Positions 52,149 through 64,000 of a stretch of 64,000 nt of DNA are shown one piece after another. Location: the NCBI RefSeq assembly GCF_009914755.1, contig NC_060937.1; one strand, 5' to 3'. The notes below the pieces were generated by a model that was not told the DNA's origin, did not search any database, and worked only from the letters and a program-made list of their open reading frames with translations. Both the position numbers and the translations under genes were made by a program. The DNA is from the human T2T-CHM13v2.0 reference genome, Homo sapiens. Position 1 is the first letter of the stretch. Each line of letters starts with the position of its first letter.

Positions 52149-52339
52149 ATAGCCATAGAAAATCCTGAACAACATGTAAGACAGGTTATTTTATTTATTT
52201 CTCACTTTGTGATGAATAGACATTTTCTAACTAGTACTTTCCTTGAGGAAGAGATAGGATTTCATAGGGAGACTATATTATATTAAGGCAAAAAGACAGC
52301 AGTCACATTTTATTGCCCAAAGCCCACTTTCATTCACAT

Positions 52340-52500
52340 TCTCTCCACTTATGGGCACACATACAAAGCAGGCATTATGTGCCCAGTTTGATAGATAAGG
52401 AAAAGAACTTTGAAGGCTGAAGTGACTTATTCAAGGTCACACACACAAACATATGGGCAGCAGAGACAGGACTAGAACTCAAGTCCTTACAGTGCTCTTG
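52340..52500 (-). mobile_element. MIR SINE
   Basis: agataaggaaa...aagtgacttattcaaggtcacac...gcagagacaggactagaactcaagtc. Confidence 0.7.
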
Positions 52501-52594
52501 AGATGAAGTTATTAGCAACAGTCACAAAACACTTTTTAATTGAGGTAAAAAAGAGTTGAAATCACCTTTTTTATGCTGCCTTTGATAAATCTAT

Positions 52595-53135
52595 CTGTCA
52601 GAACTCAGTGGTGGAAAACAGAAATGATTTTAGCTATTTTAAACTGAAAGGGATTTAGTACAGGAAATTCAGTGTTCATACAACTATTGGACGGGCTGGA
52701 AGGGTAGGCTAAAGGTTGGATCCAGGAATGCCTTCCAGTACGACACTGTGAACCAGCCTTCAAGGCAGCTGCTCCCTCTACCCCAGTTAGAAGGTGGGGT
52801 GCCACAGGAATGGTTGACTTCCAGAACACAACCTGGAGCTGTGAGATACAGAAACTACCAACATGCTGCTACAATTGCTTCTCTACTCACATGAAGCTTG
52901 TGGCTATACAGTAGAATTTGGCTGCAGGAAAGCACAGCATCTTCAAGACCTTGCATGCCAGCAAAAGTAGTCAAAGCTGCAGAACTCTGCCCTTTTGTCA
53001 CATTTCCTCTTTTCAAATCTTGCATAGGCACATCTAATTGTGGAAACTTCTTCGCTTCCATGACTCTAGCTGCAAGGGATTCTGGGAGATACAGAGTTGG
53101 AATAAATGCCAAATGCCAATCTACTATACCTACAA
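52595..53135 (-). mobile_element. Old ERVL LTR (LTR33-like)
   Basis: tcagtggtggaaaacagaaa...aagggatttagtacagg...ctagctgcaagggattctggga. Confidence 0.5.
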
Positions 53136-53778
53136 CCCAGAAATTTGGAAATATCAACAGTGTCTCCCAAGACAGATTAGAAATGGGATTCTTGGTCTGT
53201 GCTTTAAATGCAGACATCACAGGCAATCTGCATTCAGGTGCCACGTGTGGTTGCACAGGTTGTGCATTCCTTAGAATATGAAAGGAATGAACTCCTCAGG
53301 TTGAGCACTAGTCACAGAGACTATGGATAGAGTGGCCAACCCTGAAGCTACTCAATGAATAATCTATGCCAGTCTTCTCAAGAGCTGTCTCCATCAAAGC
53401 AGGTCTTGGTTATAGCTTTGATATGGAAAGAAAGCCATATATATGACTAGATTAAGGAGCTACTTAGAAATGGACACATTGTGGAGGATCCACCACCCAA
53501 GGTGCTAAGGCCATGACCACAGGAGGAAGGTCGAGTGGAAGTTGAGATTGACTTGACAGCCTGATAGCCACAATACCTGCCCAGAGAAGTAGGTCAGGTA
53601 TTTTCATCAACATTTCTTAGAGCTTAGCATAAAAACACCAGAGAATAAAAGTATCATATGTTATGATCTAAGAAAGTCAAAATCAATTATGCTGTACTGA
53701 GAAGTCTTTGAACTGAATTTGCATTATGTAAAATTAGAAATAAAAACATGTTCCATCTCTCTACCCATGTGTTAAACA

Positions 53779-53779
<1 letters not shown>

Positions 53780-53812
<33 letters not shown>
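53780..53812. repeat. (CA)16 microsatellite
   Basis: Read directly from the sequence. Confidence 0.95.
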
Positions 53813-53815
<3 letters not shown>

Positions 53816-53889
53816 ACCAAAGCTCCTTTTTATTATTTTTATTATTCTTCATTTATTTATATTTCTGACTTTTCTCTCCAGATAAACTC

Positions 53890-54200
53890 AGAATACTGTA
53901 TTTTGTTCTAGATTTCCCACTCAATAAGAACATTGAGAAGCAGGAATATATTCAGAAGGGAGCAATTAAAACAGGGACAGGTCTGGACCCAATGACATGG
54001 GTGAAACAGGTGAGAATTAGGAAACTACTATTAGCCTTGGAAGAGAAGGTAATGGAAGAAAGATAGTCATCTTCACATATCCAAAAAGCCCTCATTCTGA
54101 AAGGCTAGGGTGTGTGTGCGGCTCCAGAGAAAGGAATCTGGAAAAATGACTAAAACTCACAGAAAGGGAGAGTTGGGCTCAGTTTAACCATTAGATCTAG
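53890..54200 (+). mobile_element. L3/CR1 LINE fragment
   Basis: aagaacattgagaagcaggaatatattcagaagggagc...ttagccttggaagagaagg...gtcatcttcacatatc. Confidence 0.55.
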
Positions 54201-56689
54201 CAGCAAATGAAACAAGCTACCTACGTAGGTATCCCTATGGTGAGATAGCACCTCTAATCATGTTGATCATTTGGTGCCTTGTGTCTGCTGCATAGACAGA
54301 CTTGATCTGCTGCTGGACTTGAAGCAACACAAGAACACGAGTCATACAGTCTCTCCTCTGTACCCCCAACTCACCCCACAGTAGATGGCATAGGGACAGG
54401 AACTCAAATACAATCTAGATGAAAAAATGAAGAGATGAACAAGGCCAAAGGCCACAGATGACATCCTCACAGAAAGACTGGCTTTTGTGGGCCACCCCAG
54501 ATATCTGGCTCAGCATGTAAGAGTCAGCAATGCTGAGGAAACTGGTGCCTCGGCCAGGGTTTTGCCAAGAGCAGGCTCAAAGTGTGGGCAAGAGAAAGAG
54601 AGACACCCATATGGAAGCTCAGAGCCTGGCCTGAGCACGATTCCAGGTAAAGCTGGTGGGAATGAGAGGAATTGGCAGGTTTGGCACAGATGCTATTATG
54701 CTTTCTCAGCACTCAGAAACAGTGGCAGAAAAGGCTGGGTTTTTTGGACGGGGAATAGTGACAGAATAGCTTCTAGATATAGAGGGCCTTTGTTTCCAGA
54801 TCTTCCAGCGTTCTCTATGTATGATCTCATTCACCCTACCTCTGCTCTGGGAAGAAGCAGGCAGGTGGCTGCTACAGAAGGCACATAGGCCTGTTTTGAC
54901 AAGAGCAGGCGGAATGGCTCCTCTCTGGCAAGCAGCCGCCTTAACAGCCAAGAAAGGACTGTCTTTCAACCCCAGTGACATCATGGAATGATTTGAAACC
55001 ATATCAGTCCATTTTCTATTCTTGATCCTATGACTCACTGGTTAATATTGAAATGTATATCGCTAATCGTGAATTAGTAACCTGTGATTCAGTGTTGGAC
55101 TGAATCAGTGAGGCCAAATGGATCTGTGGAACAATTGTGTGTGTGTCTGTGTGTGTGTGTGCTTGATCCAGCACAATGTGTAGAAATGCACCCATCTCCT
55201 ACATCCACCACCCTACACCTCCACACAAAGCCACCCCTCTCACTAGCTCCCCAGAAGGCCAGGACTGTCATTCTAGTTGCACTGCTACTGAAGTGCATGG
55301 TACATCTGATCTGCGAGTGAGCACTTCCTGTTACCTTATTCATAACACCCTGGAATGAAGCTGTTCCTGCCCTAGCTCCACCCCTATCACTCCATCATTT
55401 CTTGTATGCCTCTTTTATTTAGTACCTCCCAGGTTTAAGGGAGGGACAGCTCCCACCTCCCATACCTGCCTGTCTGATACCCCAGGGTCCAGCTTGCAAC
55501 TCTCCATTCTTACAAGTCAGTGGCCCTAGGCTGCGTATTCATGGGCTCAGATGAGAAAGCTTTCTCTGTTGATTCACAGGAAGAGTATTCAGACCTTTGA
55601 CTTCCTGTTTTTGATGAACCTAGTGAAAGAAAAAGAAGTGCCTTTTTAAAAATATAATTGGCCCCAAACGGTAACACATAAAAGAGAAAAATGGAAAATG
55701 CACATTGACTAAGGACTTGTCCATGAAGCCCATCGTCAGGTTGAGGTGCCGGGGACCACCCATGACGCATGGCTAATACTGGAGCAGCCATGTTTCTTGG
55801 GACACAAGACATGACTGTTTTTAGGAGAGGAAGTGAAGAAGGGTGTCTTCAACTGAAACCCCAACAGACAAAATGTGTGCAAAGTGAGTCAGTGGGATGC
55901 AAATGGACTGTGAGGAACTGAAAAGTCTAACTCCTGTTCCAGCAGATGGGGGCTTTTTCCAAGCACTAACCTACCAACCTGATGCGTCTCATTCAAAGGA
56001 CTGGGGGAAGACCTCACTCACATTCAAAAGTGGCCAGACGATGGAAATGCAAAATACAGTCCTCCATCATAACTCTGGCTGAAATAGCTGTTGTCTGTGC
56101 AGCATCCATTGCTTGTGGAGGCAAGGTTATAGAGACCAGGGCAGCCTGTGCCCTGCATTGTGAGCATGCTGGGTAAACTGACTAGGGAGCTATAGTGAAG
56201 AGGTGTTGAGCCCTTCCCAGCCAGCAGGAAAGCTAAGGGAATCAATATCCCAGCATACCTGTTATCCATTCAAGCTCTGGTTAATAGATGTAATGGTGGC
56301 ATCCAGATGGGTGTGCCTGGCTTATCAGTGCTTGCAGTGTTTTTCTTTACAGAGTTCTGGCCACCCTCAGAAATGTCACAAGTGTTCAGTTAAGTGACCC
56401 CCACACATACTATATGTTCAGTAAATAATATGTCCCTTCTCTCTAGAAAGACTTCATAGCTGTTAGGAATATGGCCCTTGGCAACAACATTTTGGCTTTG
56501 CTATTTATAAACTAGGCACCCTTGTGCAAACTGTTAATAATCTAGAACTCTTTCCTAACAGGTTTGTTGTAATAAATTTACTTAATATAAATAAAACAAA
56601 GCCCAGGCTATAATAAGTGCTCAATAAAAGGTAGGTAATATTTTTCTATGCCATGGCTCCTCGCATTGATGAATTGCCCCAGGCTGGGC

Positions 56690-56860
56690 TCAGGCTACTT
56701 TATTGCACCATTTGTCTTCATGTATTGTAGTTGATTTGTATTTGTCTGCCCATACACACTGGACTATGAATCTCGTAGTGCAGGAGCTATTTCTTGCTCA
56801 TTTCTGTATTCCCAGCACATAGCATGGGGATTGGCACCTAGTTGGTATTAAAGAAATGAA
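56690..56860 (+). mobile_element. L2 3' end
   Basis: cactggactatgaatctc...tgctcatttctgtattcccagcacatagcatggggattggcacctag. Confidence 0.7.
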
Positions 56861-58577
56861 CGTCACATAGCATATTTGGCACGCAGAGCATTGGACCCAT
56901 GGTCAACGTACAGCAGTGACAAGAGGATGTACCAACCCTTTTTCTTCCCAGCTGCAGGCCTTCTTTCTCTTAGTCTTAGTCTTATGAACCTGCAGAGTCC
57001 CCTTCAACCGCAAAGCTTGGGCATAGTATTTCTTGACACATGGAAGCTTGCCCCAGATATTACAGATCAGAACTATGGGGGTGGCACTATGGAATCTGAA
57101 GTTTAACATAGACCCCGGATGAGTATGAAGCCCATGGAAGACTGAGACCCACCGAGTTGGGGAAACAGCCACTGGGTTGTCCTGCATGCAGCAAGCAGAG
57201 ATCAGCAGGCTGCAGGCAGCCTCCGAAACAGAAAGGCAGAGTTTCCTTTCCAACTTCTATAAGAACAAGAAAGCAGTGATTCTCACACCTGCAAGACAAA
57301 GGGTGGTGCCACCAGGTCTCAACAGATGACACCTGCGTGTAGAGATAATCACAGGATGAGCCACGTCCTCCAACACAAGATAACAGAACACTCTTTCTCA
57401 AACTCCATCAATTCTATTACACCAATAACCCATCCAGAACCCAATTCAACCTTTCTGAACCCAGGCCAGAGGCCTAAATTCCTTGCCAGTCACTTAGGGA
57501 GGAGGCAGGACCCAGCATTTACTATGCCCTACTAGGTGGCATGCTTTGTACTAGGCCATCGTTAAATGGCAAAGCATGCACAAGAAGGATGATTTAACAT
57601 CACTTGGTTTTAGTAAAACCTAAACTCCACATTCCCTCATTGGGGAAACTCTTTTATTATTTTTCTGAAGAGTACAGGAGGTTAAAATAAAAGCCTACCA
57701 GTTAATAGCTACATTACACGCTATGGTTCCATTAAAGCAAGGGGGATTCATACCTGACAACTAGGGGCACATTCATCTAAAACGCAACATTAAAGCCATG
57801 AGGCCTCATGCTCCATGCAGATACATCACCACGGCAACAGAGAGCAGAGATGCATGGAGAATAGGCAATGTGAATTTCCCAGGCTCTCATTAAGTTTTTA
57901 GTTGATTTGTATCTAAAATGTCTTGGCCTACAGCATCATGTTGGAGAGAGCCACTGACTCTGCAGAGCAGGTAACAAGAGATTCATATTGCATGTTTTCT
58001 TTTTGGGCAGCCTCTGGGGGAAGTCAGCACAACATGCCCACTCAGAGATGTCCAGCAAAACATCTGTTCAGCAAAACATCTGGACAGCAGGCACCCATCA
58101 GGGCCCATAGACAAAAAGTTTATATAAATCCTTTAATCTGAACTCTTACTCAGGGCACAAACAGCCTTTTGCTCTATGCACCAAACAGCCCACTCAAGGG
58201 CAGAGTGTCCAGGGCCCAAGGCAGTACTGGGCCAACAGCACAAGCCTGAGCTTGCCTTTCTAGGGGTGCTTGTCATCCCAAGCACCATCTACCCTACAGA
58301 GAGGGCTCATCATGGCCACAAAGCCCAAGCTCTCTGTCTTCCAGTGCAAGAAGGTGACATGAAACCAGTGGAAATCTGGAAGGATCCAGTTGAATCCATA
58401 GCTCTAGGGACAATGGTGGGATGTGGTCATTGAGAGGGGCAGTTTTGTCAATGTCAATTCCTCAAGGGTTGGCACTCAAGTTAGGGAAATGCCCAGCTTT
58501 TCTCTTTTTTAGCAGAATGGTTTTGAGCCACTTATTGTCATTCTCCCTTTCAAGAGAGGGCTAGAAAAGGAAAATGA

Positions 58578-58914
<337 letters not shown>

Positions 58915-59560
58915 CTAACCTTGAAAAAGGATGGGAAGGAAAGATTAACATGGACAAATGAGGCATGGGTTTTGTGAATCCACACTTCCTCTAATGGGTG
59001 CTTTTTGGGAATGAAGGCTAACAGCAGAGAAGGGTTCCTTTCTGCTTCCTCCACTAAGTGACTCCTTTAGAAGCTTCCATGATGGCACAACTCTGGCTTA
59101 GGTGTCCCTCGTTGATGTTCCTATAGCACCCTTTCATGATCTGTATTATAATGATTATCTGATTGTCTCCCACTAAAGACTTCAGTCCATGAGGGAAAGA
59201 ACTGTGTATTGTTTTGTCATTTGCCCCATGTCTGGAATATAGTTTAAAAAGCAATAAATATTTGTTGGATGAAGACTTGAATAAAGATAATGACCAATAT
59301 ATAAACAAATACAGAACCAGAATGCTTGCACATTGTACCCTCTTCAGGGCTTTATTTTAAACACCTTATACCCAATTACAAACAACTGTGAGAGGTAAAC
59401 AGATAATAGTGTTGTTTGTAATTTACAGGTGTGTAAGGCAAGCCAGGAAGAAGTTAAGAAAAGAGATAGAACAGATGTGGAGCTGAAAGGTGTGCCAAGT
59501 CTTTGCCTTCTGGGAGAGGTCAGGAACATGCACAATTTCAATATAGCCTGACCACTTGTA

Positions 59561-59632
59561 CATGGCTTTTCACTTTTTCAAAGTGCTTTTACTTTTACTT
59601 GAAAAAGCACTTTAAAAAAGTGAAAAGCCATG
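59561..59632. repeat. Near-perfect inverted repeat: 30-bp arms, 1 mismatch, 12-nt spacer
   Basis: catggcttttcactttttcaaagtgctttt / aaaagcactttaaaaaagtgaaaagccatg. Confidence 0.95.
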
Positions 59633-59639
59633 CACCAAT

Positions 59640-59840
59640 GGCTATATTTCATCTTGTTTTATCTTCACAATAACCCTGTGAAGGAGAGCAAGCTGATACT
59701 ACTACCCCTGTTTTATTTATTTACCTTATAGATAAGGGAAAGGAGACAGAGAAGCTTGACATCACACCCCAAGACACCTAGTGAGCGGGTGGTAGAGCCA
59801 GTGTTAGAAATCCTGAGCTGGTCTTTGTTTCACCGGCTCA
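59640..59840 (-). mobile_element. MIR SINE
   Basis: atcttcacaataaccctgtgaagg...gataagggaaa...cccaagacacctagtgagcgggtggtagagcca. Confidence 0.7.
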
Positions 59841-59894
59841 CGGTGCTGATCTCACCCAAGCACTAGATCAAGACTGGCAGAGGCTTCTTCCAGA

Positions 59895-59975
59895 GGAGAA
59901 AGGAGGGAAGGGAAGGGAAGGGGATGGGAGAGGAGGGGAGGGGAGGGGAGGGGAGGGGAGGGGAGGGGAGGGGAG
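59895..59975. repeat. (GGGAA)n/(GGGGA)n polypurine repeat
   Basis: gggaagggaaggg...gaggggaggggaggggagggga. Confidence 0.9.
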
Positions 59976-60109
59976 AAAATGAGCTCTGGAGGAATAAACA
60001 GGGAAAGGGGCCTCCAGGAGGCAATAATCCACATGTCAGTCAGAAACGTACTCATGAGCCAGACACTTGAGGCCAACAACTGCCCATGGCTGCCCCTCTT
60101 CACCTCTGA

Positions 60110-62730
<2,621 letters not shown>

Positions 62731-62749
62731 GAACATTGAAACAGGTCAT

Positions 62750-63893
62750 TTTATATATATATATATATATTATATATATAATATATATATAATATATATA
62801 AAATGTACATATTATATATAATATATAAAATGTACATATTATATATAATATATGAAATGTATATATTATATAATATATAAAATGTATATATTACATAATA
62901 TATAAAATGTATATATTATATAATATATAAAATGTATATATTATATAAAATATATAATATATAAAAAATAAACAATATATATAAAATATATATATTATAT
63001 AAAAATATATGTTATATATAATATATAAAAATATATAATATATATTATATAAAATATATTGTAGATTATATAAAATATGTAATATATAATATATTATATA
63101 AAATATATAATATATAATATATTATATAAAATATATTATATATAATATATTTTATATATTATATAAAAAATATATATTATATATTATATATAATATAAAA
63201 TATATTATATACTATATAAAATATATTATATATTATATAAAATATATTATATACTATATAAAATATATTATATATATTATATATTATATAAAATATATTA
63301 TATATTATATAAAATATATTATATATTATATAAAATATATTATATATTATATAAAATATATTATATATTATATAAAATATATTATATATTATATAAAATA
63401 TATTATATATATTATATATTATATAAAATATATTATATATTATATAAAATATATTATATATTATATATTATATAAAATATTTTATATAATATATAAAATA
63501 TATTATATAAAATATATTATATATTATATAAAATATATTATATATTATATATTATATAAAATATATTATATATTATATATTATATAAAATATATTATATA
63601 TTATATAAAATAGATTATTATATATTATATAAAATAGATTATATATTATATAAAATAGATTATATATTATATATTATATAATATATATTCTATATTATAT
63701 ATTATATAATATAGATTATATATTATATATTATATAATATAGATTATATAATATATAATATATAATACAGATTATATATTATATATTATATAATACATAT
63801 TATATATTATATATTATATAATATAGATTCTATATTATATATTATATAATATATATTATATATAATATAATATATAATATACATTTTATATTT
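62750..63893. repeat. About 1.1-kb AT-only tandem array built from TATATTA / TATATTATATAAAA units
   Basis: Almost no G/C; recurring tatattatataaaa units with variant blocks. Confidence 0.95.
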
Positions 63894-64000
63894 TGATGAA
63901 GGATTAAAATATCAAAGGGAAGATATAGCGAAGAAAATCATAAAGTCACAGGAGCCCATGTAACCCTAAACAGTTGAATTATCTCAGCTTCATTATCAGC

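Noticed and set aside
59895-59975. Pro-rich or Gly/Arg-rich ORFs over the (GGGGA)n tract, and the Tyr/Ile/His-rich ORFs at 4431-4672 and 34340-34691
   Set aside because: These are artefacts of translating simple repeats.

Overview
This is primate, almost certainly human, gene-poor genomic DNA, rich in Alu, L1, L2, L3, MIR, MaLR/ERVL LTRs and hAT/Tigger MITEs. It has no conventional long coding gene and no prokaryotic features; nearly all ORFs in the supplied track are noise. The one gene-like structure I can build from splice signals is a minus-strand multi-exon unit at about 44.7-46.4 kb. Its spliced ORF (45908-45833 + 44956-44706) gives a 108-aa protein, MQSKAPLMPAALRPSMSPAQQSSYYKRHRAEH...GTGQYR. 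From memory this matches C21orf54/LINC01548, which would place the window on 21q22.11 between OLIG1 and IFNAR2; I could not verify this by search. Most notable observations: (1) an overlapping 37-aa ORF with an optimal Kozak context starts 22 nt upstream of that ATG, and a same-strand MLT1 LTR lies just upstream as a possible promoter; (2) an 88-bp templated copy of unique sequence is inserted 2.2 kb away into an old L1; (3) several fold-back palindromes have formed inside old repeats, the best with 30-bp arms at 59561-59632; (4) a textbook 77-nt intron at 12209-12285 and an orphan CpG island at about 21 kb suggest further spliced lncRNAs; (5) a dense GATA/E-box/ETS/CRE motif cluster sits at about 39.5 kb; (6) a 1.1-kb AT-only tandem array ends the window. 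I found no convincing wholly new biological system. Repeat subfamily calls and most repeat boundaries are by eye and approximate.
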